The notes: a model not told the origin generated them from the letters alone. A stretch of 64,000 bases of DNA from an uncultured Clostridia bacterium (GCA_947625765.1 CANQPP010000005.1:10656-74655); one strand, 5' to 3'; counted from the first letter of the stretch, positions 24,863 to 33,227 are shown. Translations and numbers: made by a program.

Positions 24863-27436
24863 TTAGTCGATGCCGACCACGTCGTAGCCCGCATCCTCCA
24901 CGGCCTGCTTGAGGGCCTGATCGCTCACGCTGCCGGTCAGCGTCACGCTGGCCTGCTTCTTCTCCAGGTCCACCTTGGCCTCAACGCCTTCCAGGGCGTT
25001 CAGGGCCTTTTCCACGCGGGCGCTGCAGTGCATGCAGCTCATGCCTTCGATATGGATCGTCTTGGTCATCGCATTGTCATCCTTTCTAATGTTTATGGGC
25101 TCGGCCGCTCTCGCGGCCGGGGTCGTCGTTTGGGGCACCTGCTCGCCCTCGTCCTTTGGGCGGCGGGGCTTAAAGAAGTTCAGGCGCAGGGCGTTGGTCA
25201 CCACGCAGAAGGAGGAAAGGCTCATCGCGGCGGCGGCCACCATGGGGCTGAGCTGCCAGTGCAGCAAGCCGTAAAACACGCCCGCGGCCAGCGGGATGCC
25301 GATGGAGTTATAGAAGAAGGCCCAGAACAGGTTCTCCTTGATGTTGGTCAGCACAGCGCGGCTCAAGTCAAAGGCGGTGACCACGTCGCGCAGGTCGCTG
25401 TGCACCAGCACGATGTCCGCCGATTCTATGGCCACGTCCGTGCCCGCGCCGATGGCAAGGCCCACGTCCGCGCGGGCCAGCGCCGGGGCGTCGTTGATGC
25501 CGTCGCCCACCATGGCCACCTTCATGCCGCGCTCCTGCAGGGCGCGCACGTGCGCCTCCTTTTCGTGGGGCAGCACCTGGGCGCGCACCTCGTCGATGTC
25601 CAGCTCCCGGGCGATGGCGCGGGCGGTGCGCTCGTTATCGCCGGTGAGCATCACCACGGAAACGCCGCGCTTCTTAAGGTCGCGCACGGCCTGCCGACTG
25701 CTCTCCTTGATGGGGTCGGCGGCGGCCACAAGGCCCGCGGGCTTGCCATTCAGGGCAAAGAACAGGGGCGTCTTGCCCTGGCCGGACAGTTCTTCGGCCT
25801 TTTTCTCAAGGCCGCCCAGCTCGATGCCGCTCTCCTGCATGAAGCGCAGGTTCCCGGCCAGGCAGGTCTTTCCGTCCAGTTCGGCCTTTAAGCCCTTGCC
25901 GGGCACGGCCTCAAAGGCGCGCACCTCGGCGGGCGCGATCGAGCGCCTTTCGGCCTCCTCCACGACCGCCTCGGCCAGCGGGTGCTCGGAGGGCTTCTCC
26001 ACGCTCACGGCCAGGCGGAGCAGGGTCTCTTCGTCGAAGCCCGCCGCGGGCACGAGGTCCGTGACCACGGGCTTGCCCTCGGTGATGGTGCCGGTCTTGT
26101 CCAGCACCACGGCGCGGACCTTGTGGGCGGTCTCCAGCGCCTCGGCGGACTTGACCAGTATGCCGCTCTCTGCGCCCTTGCCCGTCCCGACCATGATGGC
26201 CACGGGCGTGGCCAGGCCCAAAGCGCAGGGGCAGGAGATGACCAGAACGGCGATTGCAAAGCCCAAAGCCCGCTGCACGGGCGCGCCCAGCAGCAGCCAG
26301 ACGACGGCCGTGACCAGGGCGATGGAGATCACCACGGGCACGAACACGCCGCTGACCCGGTCGGCCAGCTTGGCGATGGGCGCCTTGGAGGAGGCGGCCT
26401 CCTCCACCAGGCGGATGATCTGGGACAGGGCGGTGTCGCCGCTGACCTTCTCGGCCCGCATGCGGAAGGAGCCGGTCTTGTTGATGGAGGCGGCCAAAAC
26501 GCTGTCGCCCTGCGCCACCTCGCGGGGGATGCTCTCGCCGGTCAGCGCGGCCTCGTCCACGGCGCTGGCGCCGTCCAGCAGCACGCCGTCCGCGGGCACG
26601 GCCTGGCCGGGCCGCACGAGCAGCGTATCGCCCACCGCGATCTCGGAGGCGGGCACGGTCTGCTCGCTGCCGTCGGCGTTTACGCGCACGGCGGTCTTGG
26701 GGCTTAGGTCCATCAGCTTTTCCAGGGCCTTGGAGGTGCTGCCCTTGGAACGGCTCTCCAGATATTTCCCCAGGGTGATGAGCGTTAAAATGGTGCCGGA
26801 TGATTCAAAATAAAGGTCCATCGCCTGCTGCATGGCCAGCTCCGGCTGGCCGTGGCCCAGGCCGTAGCCGATCACGTACAGGCTGTAAACGCCGTAGATC
26901 GTGGCGGCGGAGGCGCCGATGGCGATGAGGGAGTCCATGTTGGGCGCGCCGTGCATGAGCGCCTTGAAGCCCGCCGTAAAGTACCTGCGGTTGATGAGCA
27001 GGATGGGCAGGACCAGAAGGAACTGCGTCAGGCCGAAGGTCATGGTGTTAGCCGTGCCCTTAAAGAAGGAAGGCACGGGCCAGAGGCCCATGTGGCCCAT
27101 GGAAACGTACATGAGCGGCACCAGGAACACCAGCGACCAGAGGAAGCGGTGCAGCGTGTGCCGCATCTCCTGCCGGGCCAGGTCGAAGGCGCTGGGCTCG
27201 TTCGCGGCGCTTTTCTTCTGCTGCTCGTCCGCGGGGGACGCGCCGTAGCCCGCCTCCTCCACGGCGCGGCAGATGTCCGCAGCCGACAGGGAAGCGTTGT
27301 CGTAGACCACCTGCATGGAGTTGGTCATCAAGCTGACCTCCGCCTTCTCCACGCCCGTCAGCTTGGAGACGGCCTTCTCCACGTGGGCGGAGCAGGCGGC
27401 GCAGGTCATGCCGGTCACGTTGAATTTCTGCTTCAT
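24863..27436 (-). CDS. copA: Copper-translocating P1B-type ATPase with N- and C-terminal HMA domains
   Basis: N-terminal GMTCAACSAHVEKAV, CPC motif SCPCALGLATP, DKTGTIT, GDGINDAP, and a C-terminal GMSCMHCSARVEKAL. Start at MKQKF (27436). Confidence 0.95.
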   Translation of the reverse strand: MKQKFNVTGMTCAACSAHVEKAVSKLTGVEKAEVSLMTNSMQVVYDNASLSAADICRAVEEAGYGASPADEQQKKSAANEPSAFDLARQEMRHTLHRFLWSLVFLVPLMYVSMGHMGLWPVPSFFKGTANTMTFGLTQFLLVLPILLINRRYFTAGFKALMHGAPNMDSLIAIGASAATIYGVYSLYVIGYGLGHGQPELAMQQAMDLYFESSGTILTLITLGKYLESRSKGSTSKALEKLMDLSPKTAVRVNADGSEQTVPASEIAVGDTLLVRPGQAVPADGVLLDGASAVDEAALTGESIPREVAQGDSVLAASINKTGSFRMRAEKVSGDTALSQIIRLVEEAASSKAPIAKLADRVSGVFVPVVISIALVTAVVWLLLGAPVQRALGFAIAVLVISCPCALGLATPVAIMVGTGKGAESGILVKSAEALETAHKVRAVVLDKTGTITEGKPVVTDLVPAAGFDEETLLRLAVSVEKPSEHPLAEAVVEEAERRSIAPAEVRAFEAVPGKGLKAELDGKTCLAGNLRFMQESGIELGGLEKKAEELSGQGKTPLFFALNGKPAGLVAAADPIKESSRQAVRDLKKRGVSVVMLTGDNERTARAIARELDIDEVRAQVLPHEKEAHVRALQERGMKVAMVGDGINDAPALARADVGLAIGAGTDVAIESADIVLVHSDLRDVVTAFDLSRAVLTNIKENLFWAFFYNSIGIPLAAGVFYGLLHWQLSPMVAAAAMSLSSFCVVTNALRLNFFKPRRPKDEGEQVPQTTTPAARAAEPINIRKDDNAMTKTIHIEGMSCMHCSARVEKALNALEGVEAKVDLEKKQASVTLTGSVSDQALKQAVEDAGYDVVGID

Positions 27437-27542
27437 CTTAAAAAATGTCTTCCCCCCCCTTGCTTTAAGGCGCATATCCGATGAAAGAAAAAGGAAACGC
27501 AGTGCGGGGAGGAACCTTCTCGACGTTTCCTCCCAACAAAGT

Positions 27543-27572
27543 ATTATACCCCTTTGCAGGGCGGCGAATCAA
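27543..27572 (-). promoter_or_regulatory. copA promoter candidate with an embedded GC-rich inverted repeat (possible CsoR-type operator)
   Basis: On the minus strand: TTGATT (27567-27572), 18 nt, TATAAT (27543-27548). The spacer contains CCCTGCAAAGGGG. Confidence 0.5.
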
Positions 27573-27713
27573 TACGTTGAACGCCGCGTCCCGAAATTTT
27601 TGTAATTTTTTTCGCTACACGTCGAAGGCGTGCTTCGCGCGCGCGGCGAGCTGCCGCAAAGGGCAAGAAGACACGGCAGGCAAAAGCAAGCTGCGCGGCC
27701 AACAACTGCCAGT

Positions 27714-27743
27714 GTATTTTCGCGGGGCCAAGCCACAATAGTA
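27714..27743 (+). promoter_or_regulatory. Forespore (sigma-G/F-like) promoter candidate for the SASP gene
   Basis: GTATT, 17 nt, CAATAGTA, about 28 nt upstream of the ATG. The match to the GnATA / CATnnTA consensus is only approximate. Confidence 0.35.
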
Positions 27744-27771
27744 GCATGAAACGCAAGGAGGTGAAACAGCA

Positions 27772-27999
27772 ATGACGAACAGGAACAACAGCTCCAACAG
27801 CAACCGTTCCAATCGTGCCGCCGTGCCCGAGGCCAAGCAGGCTCTGGACAACATGAAGTACGAGATCGCGAACGAGCTGGGCGTGAACCTGAAGCAGGGC
27901 TACAACGGTGACATCTCTGCCCGCGACGCCGGTTATGTCGGCGGCTACATGGTCAAGCGCATGATCGAGGACTACGAGCGCCAGATGAGCGGCAAGTAA
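27772..27999 (+). CDS. ssp: Alpha/beta-type small acid-soluble spore protein
   Basis: 75 aa with ...VPEAKQALDNMKYEIANELGV...ARDAGYVGGYMVKRMIE, the canonical SASP motifs. AAGGAGGTG RBS. Confidence 0.9.
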   Translation: MTNRNNSSNSNRSNRAAVPEAKQALDNMKYEIANELGVNLKQGYNGDISARDAGYVGGYMVKRMIEDYERQMSGK

Positions 28000-28028
28000 T
28001 CCCAGAGGAAAAACGCTCCAAAAACCGG

Positions 28029-28090
28029 GAAGGAGATCAACAAGCCGCGCACAGCGGCCTGCTGGTCTCCTTCTTCCCTTTCTTTGCCCC
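28029..28090 (+). terminator. Long hairpin terminator after the SASP gene
   Basis: GGAAGGAGATCA..GCCGC-gcaca-GCGGC..TGGTCTCCTTC followed by TTCCCTTTCTTTG. Confidence 0.6.
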
Positions 28091-28136
28091 TTTTGCCCTG
28101 CGGCAAAATAATCTTGCGAAACTTGAAAAAAAGCGC

Positions 28137-28165
28137 TTGACAGGCGGCGGGCGGCGTGGTAATAT
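28137..28165 (+). promoter_or_regulatory. Near-consensus sigma-A promoter of tRNA-Ala
   Basis: TTGACA (28137-28142), 17 nt, TGg-TAATAT (28160-28165), 12 nt before the tRNA 5' end. Confidence 0.7.
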
Positions 28166-28177
28166 ATTCAATGTTGC

Positions 28178-28253
28178 GGGGCATTAGTACAGTTGGTAGT
28201 ACGCTACACTGGCAGTGTAGAGGTCAGGAGTTCGAGTCTCCTATGCTCCACCA
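28178..28253 (+). tRNA. tRNA-Ala (anticodon GGC), CCA encoded
   Basis: Hand-folded cloverleaf: acceptor GGGGCAT/ATGCTCC with the G3:U70 alanine identity pair, anticodon loop CTGGCAG, T-arm AGGAG-TTCGAGT-CTCCT. Confidence 0.9.
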
Positions 28254-28260
28254 GGAAGAT

Positions 28261-28296
28261 AACGGCTTGTCTCGCAAGAGATAGGCCGTTTTCCTT
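28261..28296 (+). terminator. Intrinsic terminator after tRNA-Ala
   Basis: 13-bp stem AACGGCTTGTCTC-GCAA-GAGATAGGCCGTT followed by a T-tract. Confidence 0.8.
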
Positions 28297-28353
28297 ATGC
28301 TTTTTCTACATATCGCCATAGTTTTTTGACGCGCAAAAGGACGGTGCAGCCCC

Positions 28354-29646
28354 ATGAAGGAAACACGGACCGCGACACTCACGGAGACATACGCGGAAAA
28401 AGCCCATTACGATGTGATCGTCGCGGGCGGCGGCGTCGCAGGCTGCGCGGCGGCTGTCTCCGCCGCGCGGGAGGGCAAGCGCGTGCTGCTGATCGAGAAG
28501 TCCTTGAAACTGGGGGGCCTTGCCACGCTCGGGCTCATCAACCTGTTCGTCCCCATGTGCAACGGCCGCGGCAAGCAGATCATCTTCGGCATGGCCGAGG
28601 AGCTGCTGCGCCTCTCGATCCGATACGGCTACGGCGGCGTCCCGGCGGACTTCGTGGACGGGAAGATCCCCGAACAAAAGCTGCGGGAATACGAGGCGAG
28701 GGGCCAAAAGCCGCCCCGCTATATGAGCCGCTTTTCCGCCGAGATCTTCGCCCTCACGCTGACCGAGCTTTGCGTTAGCGAGGGCGTGGAGCTCCTGTTC
28801 GACACCATCGTCTCCCGCGCCGTGGTGGAGGGTGGAAAAGTCGCGGGCATCCTCGTGGAGAACAAGTCTGGCGGGGCGTATTACACCGCAGAAATGTTCA
28901 TCGACGCCAGCGGCGACGGCGACCTTCTGCACCGTGCGGGCGTGCCCACCGTGGAGCGCGGCAACTTCCACACCTACATAGGCTTTGAGATCACGCTGGA
29001 TTCCTGCAAAAGGGCGGCGGAAACGGCCAACATCGAGCGGGCCCTGCGGACCTGCTCCGGCGGGAACGCCGACCTGTACGGCGGCAAGCACCCCGAAAAC
29101 ATCCCGCTCTATTATGGCGGCAGCGCCGAGGACGTGGACCGCTACCTCATAGCGAACCAGCTGGAGCTGCTGGAGAAGTTAAAGGCGGACGAGCGGCTGT
29201 CCCGGGACGTGGTCACGCTGCCGGGGATGTGCCAGTTCCGCACCTCCCGGCGGATCGACGGGGAATATGTACTACAAGAGAGCGATACCTACCGGCATTT
29301 TGACGATTCCATCGCCGCCATCTGCGACTTCGACCGGCGGGACTACCTGTTCGAGGTCCCCTACCGCACGCTGGTGAGCAAAATGGCGCCCAACCTCCTC
29401 ACCTGCGGCCGCTGCGCGGCGGGCGACGGCTACGCCTGGGACGTGCTGCGAGTGATCCCTCCCGCCATCCTGACGGGCCAGGCGGCGGGGCTTGCGGCCT
29501 GCCAGGCCATCGACACGGGCGCGCCAATCTTCGGCATCGACGTGCCGCGCCTGCAGAAAAAGCTGGAAGGGCAAAACGTCCTCATCCATTTTGACGATGC
29601 CGACATCCCGGAAACCAGCGACCGCACCATCGAGCACAACGACTGA
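28354..29646 (+). CDS. FAD-dependent oxidoreductase (PF12831-like)
   Basis: YDVIVAGGGVAGCAAAVSAAREGKRVLLIEK dinucleotide-binding motif and a C-terminal ...GRCAAGDGYAWDVLRVIPPAILTGQAAG. Confidence 0.75.
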   Translation: MKETRTATLTETYAEKAHYDVIVAGGGVAGCAAAVSAAREGKRVLLIEKSLKLGGLATLGLINLFVPMCNGRGKQIIFGMAEELLRLSIRYGYGGVPADFVDGKIPEQKLREYEARGQKPPRYMSRFSAEIFALTLTELCVSEGVELLFDTIVSRAVVEGGKVAGILVENKSGGAYYTAEMFIDASGDGDLLHRAGVPTVERGNFHTYIGFEITLDSCKRAAETANIERALRTCSGGNADLYGGKHPENIPLYYGGSAEDVDRYLIANQLELLEKLKADERLSRDVVTLPGMCQFRTSRRIDGEYVLQESDTYRHFDDSIAAICDFDRRDYLFEVPYRTLVSKMAPNLLTCGRCAAGDGYAWDVLRVIPPAILTGQAAGLAACQAIDTGAPIFGIDVPRLQKKLEGQNVLIHFDDADIPETSDRTIEHND

Positions 29647-29804
29647 CCTCCCCTGCGCTGGTCCTGACTGTTTGCACCATGGTCCTTGCAGATGGGCGGA
29701 AGCTGATAAAACACCGCAATAAACCTAAGAAAGAAACGAGGCGGCCGGCCTCTGCCCCACGTTCGGCAAAGTCGGCTGCCCCGCTTTTTTGTTTGTCTTG
29801 CGCC

Positions 29805-30083
29805 TTATTCCTCGATATCGAACTCGATGGTGTAGCTGCCCTCCGGAAGGACTTCCACCTCCACCTCGTCCACGACCGCCCAGGGGTTCGCCCAGTCGCA
29901 GGCCTTGTTTTCGTCCGTCTCCTCCCCGGTGCGATACTCATACGAGATCTTCCAGACCACCTGATAGTCGGTGCCGAGCTCGTCGGAGGCGTGAGCCTCG
30001 TACCACTCGGTCAGCGTGTGCTGGCCGAGCTTAAACTTACCTTGACGGTAATAGGGGGCCATGTCAACGATGATGGTCGTCAT
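29805..30083 (-). CDS. Hypothetical small acidic protein (92 aa)
   Basis: Start MTTIIVDM at 30083, with AAAGGAAG about 12 nt upstream. Lower GC than the flanks. No family recognised. Confidence 0.5.
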   Translation of the reverse strand: MTTIIVDMAPYYRQGKFKLGQHTLTEWYEAHASDELGTDYQVVWKISYEYRTGEETDENKACDWANPWAVVDEVEVEVLPEGSYTIEFDIEE

Positions 30084-30264
30084 ATTAAGCATTCTTCCTT
30101 TCTGCATATCCCGGGATACGGGCCTTGCTTACTTCTAAAGCAGGGCTAAATTATACCACCGATCCGGGCGGATTGCAAATACGGTCCCCCCGTCGGGTCT
30201 TGACAAACAAGCGGAAAGGTGTTTTATTGGAACAGATAAACCGCTTACGAAAGGAAGGAGCAAA

Positions 30265-30408
30265 ATGGAAGAAATGCAGGAAATGGACGAAATGACCACC
30301 GCGGAACTCAACCAGTATCTGGAACTCATCGCAACGCTGATCGAGGCAAAAGCCACGAATGTCAAAGATGCTGCGCAGATCGTGCGCGATAGGAAGATCC
30401 TGGCATAA
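30265..30408 (+). CDS. Hypothetical 47-aa helical peptide MEEMQEMDEMTTAELNQYLELIATLIEAKATNVKDAAQIVRDRKILA
   Basis: Not in the ORF track (<60 aa). Strong RBS GAAAGGAAGGAG 5 nt upstream of the ATG. Confidence 0.45.
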   Translation: MEEMQEMDEMTTAELNQYLELIATLIEAKATNVKDAAQIVRDRKILA

Positions 30409-30477
30409 AAAAGCGAGCAATTTCCTTGAAGCGAGCCGCTTGCAACGGTATTCTATCCTATAATTACAAGGAGGAAA

Positions 30478-30687
30478 ATGAAAATGGATCGTGGCTCCTG
30501 GCTGAGCGTGGGCTTCAGCGTCGGCCTCTCGATGGGCATCCTGTTCTCCGTGGTGTTCTGCAAGGTGCTGCACAGCTACGCGGGCATCGGCGTGGGCGTC
30601 TGCTTCGGCGTCGCGCTGGGTCTTATGACGGCGCTCATCATGCGCGCCTACAAGACTAAGAAGCGGCCGGACGACGACAAGCGATAG
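30478..30687 (+). CDS. Small two-TM membrane protein (69 aa) with a charged C-terminus and a Met-Lys-Met start
   Basis: CAAGGAGGAAA RBS. Two hydrophobic spans (WLSVGFSVGLSMGILFSVVF and IGVGVCFGVALGLMTALIM), then YKTKKRPDDDKR. Confidence 0.6.
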   Translation: MKMDRGSWLSVGFSVGLSMGILFSVVFCKVLHSYAGIGVGVCFGVALGLMTALIMRAYKTKKRPDDDKR

Positions 30688-30705
30688 GCATTATGGCCGC
30701 TTTCC

Positions 30706-30736
30706 CGGGCCTCCGTTTTGGGGGCCCGCGTTTTTG
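30706..30736 (+). terminator. Intrinsic terminator
   Basis: CGGGCCTCC-gtttt-GGGGGCCCG followed by CGTTTTTG. Confidence 0.75.
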
Positions 30737-30737
30737 T

Positions 30738-31462
30738 GCAATGAAAACCCCCACATACTGTGGGGGTTCCAAAAGCTTACAGCTATGAGTAGTCCATTCG
30801 TAACTCCTATGCTAAAATGGAAAAGGCCGGCCAGCCACACCCAAAAAAGAAAGGAGAAAACGAATGGACAAGAATACTCTAGCACATACAAGTTGGAATT
30901 GCAAATATCATATAGTATTTGCGCCAAAATACCGGAGACAGATCATATACGGGAAGATCAAAGTAGAAATTGGGAAGATACTGCGAATGCTATGCGAGAG
31001 AAAGGGAGTAGAGATTATAGAAGCGGAGGCATGCCCGGATCATATCCACATGCTGGTGAGTATACCGCCGAAGTACAGCGTAGCAGAATTTATGGGGTAC
31101 CTAAAGGGAAAAAGCTCATTGATGATCTTCGATAAGTTTGCGAACCTAAAGTACAGGTACGGGAACAGGCAATTCTGGTGCAGAGGATACTTTGTAGATA
31201 CGGTAGGAAGGAATAAAAAAGCGATAGAGGAGTACATAAGGAACCAATTAGCAGAGGATAAGCAGTATGAACAACTAACGATGAAGGAACTGATCGACCC
31301 GTTTACGGGTGAGCCGGTGAAAAAAGGCGAGTAAACAATGAGCCCCTTTAGGGGCGGCCAGAGGAATTGGTGCGGCTGGCAGGACTTCGGAGCGCGTGAG
31401 CGCTGCCGGTCTTATGCCCTTATAGGGCTAAAGTCAAACCACCGGCTAAGCCGGTGGTTATG
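30738..31462 (+). mobile_element. IS200-type insertion sequence (IS200/IS605 family, tnpA only)
   Basis: A ~725-bp low-GC unit. Left-end hairpin AACCCCCACA-tac-TGTGGGGGTT (30746-30768), tnpA, then right-end hairpins ending with AACCACCGGC-taa-GCCGGTGGTT (31437-31459). The boundaries are approximate. Confidence 0.8.
30864..31334 (+). CDS. tnpA: IS200/IS605 family Y1 (HUH) transposase TnpA
   Basis: 156 aa with HTSWNCKYHIVFAPKYRR, the HUH motif DHIHMLV, and a catalytic Tyr region FWCRGYFVDTVG. Confidence 0.9.
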   Translation: MDKNTLAHTSWNCKYHIVFAPKYRRQIIYGKIKVEIGKILRMLCERKGVEIIEAEACPDHIHMLVSIPPKYSVAEFMGYLKGKSSLMIFDKFANLKYRYGNRQFWCRGYFVDTVGRNKKAIEEYIRNQLAEDKQYEQLTMKELIDPFTGEPVKKGE

Positions 31463-31500
31463 ATTTATGCCTCCCTTTATACAGTTTTTATGATATCAAA

Positions 31501-31528
31501 TGAACCTGGCGCGGGGATGAAGCGTATA
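31501..31528 (+). promoter_or_regulatory. ECF-type promoter candidate
   Basis: TGAACC (31501-31506), with 17 nt between AAC and CGT, then CGTATA (31523-31528), 26 nt before the sigma-factor start. Confidence 0.4.
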
Positions 31529-31553
31529 TATTCACAGAAGGGAGGCGGCTGCC

Positions 31554-32054
31554 TTGACGGGATCCATCGGGCCCTATATCCGGCTGCACGGCAAGCGGCT
31601 TTACGGCCTGTGCCGGACGCTGTGTTTAAGCGTGCACGACGCCGATGACCTGTACCAGGAGACCTGGCTGCGGGCGCTGCGGGGCTTCTCCGGCTACGAT
31701 CCCGCGCGCGCCTTCGAGCCGTGGATCGCGCGCATCTGCGTCAACGCCTACCGCAGCTCCCTGCGCAGGAGGAAGCGCAGCCCCATCTTCGACGCCTTCC
31801 CTTCCGCGCAGGCCAAGGACGCCCTTCTGGAGAAGGCCGAAGCGCCGCCGCAGGACGAGCGCCGGGAGCTGCATGAGGCCGTGGACGAGCTGCCGGAGAA
31901 GCTGCGGCTGGCGGTGATCCTCTACTACTTTCGGGATATGGACATACGGGAGACCGCGCGGGCGCTGGGCATCCCGGCGGGGACGGTCAAGTCCCGGCTG
32001 AACGAGGCGCGCAAACGCTTAAAGGAGGCGCTGCATGATGCGTCCGATCTATGA
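31554..32054 (+). CDS. ECF-family RNA polymerase sigma factor
   Basis: TTG start after GGGAGG. Region 2 is DADDLYQETWLRAL. Region 4 is LRLAVILYYFRDMDIRETARALGIPAGTVKSRLNEARKRL. Confidence 0.85.
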   Translation: MTGSIGPYIRLHGKRLYGLCRTLCLSVHDADDLYQETWLRALRGFSGYDPARAFEPWIARICVNAYRSSLRRRKRSPIFDAFPSAQAKDALLEKAEAPPQDERRELHEAVDELPEKLRLAVILYYFRDMDIRETARALGIPAGTVKSRLNEARKRLKEALHDASDL

Positions 32055-32328
32055 CTTCGAGGGCTTTACGCCGCCCCGCCTGTCCGAGGCCGAGCTGCGC
32101 GCCCTCCTGGAACAGAGGCGGCAGAAGCGGCTGGCGCTCACGCTGACGCTGCTGTGCGCTTTGCTGATCGCGGCCGCGTTCCTCTGCGCGGCGTACTTCT
32201 CCCCCGTCGATCCCGCGCTGGCGCTGTCGCTCGCCGGCTACGGCTGCATGACCATGGCGGGGCTGTCCGCCGCGGCGCTGCTGCTTTTTAGGAGCGACGC
32301 GGGCGCAAGGCTCAAAAAGGAGGGATGA
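32035..32328 (+). CDS. Putative membrane anti-sigma factor (97 aa)
   Basis: Overlaps the sigma gene stop by 20 nt. Short cytoplasmic N-terminus, then two TM helices. Assignment rests on position only. Confidence 0.5.
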   Translation: MMRPIYDFEGFTPPRLSEAELRALLEQRRQKRLALTLTLLCALLIAAAFLCAAYFSPVDPALALSLAGYGCMTMAGLSAAALLLFRSDAGARLKKEG

Positions 32329-32332
32329 ACGG

Positions 32333-33220
32333 ATGCTCCTTCGCACACTGATCGCGGCCGTCCTGCTGGCGCTGCGGACGGCGGTCTGCATATACATCTG
32401 GCGGGACGCGCCCGCGCGCGGCCTGCGCCGCTGGCCGTGGATGCTGGCCGCCTGCCTGCTCAGCTCGCAGATCGGCCTGCTGCTCTACCTGCTGGGCCGC
32501 GCCAACCATCCGCGCCTGCAGTGCGCCGCCTGCGGGCATCATGTGGGGACGGAAACGCCGCTCTGCCCCGGCTGCGGGGCCCGGCTGCGGCCGGTCTGCC
32601 CGGGCTGTGCTGCTCCCGTGGAGGAAAGCTGGAAGCTCTGCCCCTACTGCGGCCATTCCCTGGAAGGGGCCGAGAACGATGTGAAGCCGCCCGTTCCCCG
32701 CAGGGACCGCGCGCTCCCCTATCTTTTGTGCGTCTCCTTCCTCATCCCGCTGCTGGTCTTTGGGCTTATGCTGTTTTTCTATCCGAACGCGGATGCCGTC
32801 TCCGGCCTGCGCGCCTACTCCGTGGACGAGTACCTGGATTCCCTTGGCACGAGGACCGCGCGGCGGGTCGAGGAATGGCTGGCGGCGCCCAAGGAGCGCT
32901 TGGACATGGCCTACGTGCTGTGCTGTGAGGAGGAAGACGCGGACGGGGCGGAGGCCCACTACGCGATCTACCTGCCCGCGGCGGACGGGGAAGCCTCCTG
33001 CTCCGTGGGCGTCAGGCACGAGTTCCTCTCCAGCTACCTGTGCGTTTCATTGAGCTCCGGGCAGCAGGCGGGCGATGGCGTGTTCTGCGCCTACGTGCGC
33101 GCCGACGAGGCCATGCCGCTGCAGGTGCTGCTGGACGGAGAGCCCGTCCTCAAGCAGGTCAGCTACATGTCCGACGACGGCCGCCCCGTCGATCCCCTGC
33201 CTATCGGCCAGGAGCGCTGA
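32333..33220 (+). CDS. Membrane protein with PLDc_N-like N-terminal TM pair, double zinc ribbon, and an unknown extracytoplasmic domain
   Basis: LLALRTAVCIYIWRDA...WPWMLAACLLSSQIGLLLYLLGR, then CAACGHHV..CPGCG..CPGC..CPYCG, a third TM (LPYLLCVSFLIPLLVFGLMLFFY) and a ~140-aa tail. Confidence 0.6.
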   Translation: MLLRTLIAAVLLALRTAVCIYIWRDAPARGLRRWPWMLAACLLSSQIGLLLYLLGRANHPRLQCAACGHHVGTETPLCPGCGARLRPVCPGCAAPVEESWKLCPYCGHSLEGAENDVKPPVPRRDRALPYLLCVSFLIPLLVFGLMLFFYPNADAVSGLRAYSVDEYLDSLGTRTARRVEEWLAAPKERLDMAYVLCCEEEDADGAEAHYAIYLPAADGEASCSVGVRHEFLSSYLCVSLSSGQQAGDGVFCAYVRADEAMPLQVLLDGEPVLKQVSYMSDDGRPVDPLPIGQER

Positions 33221-33227
33221 CGGCCCG

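Noticed and set aside
30478-30687. Calling the 69-aa two-TM protein a holin outright
   Set aside because: No endolysin, spanin or other phage genes are adjacent, and many unrelated small membrane proteins share this architecture. It is reported only as a hypothesis within a finding.
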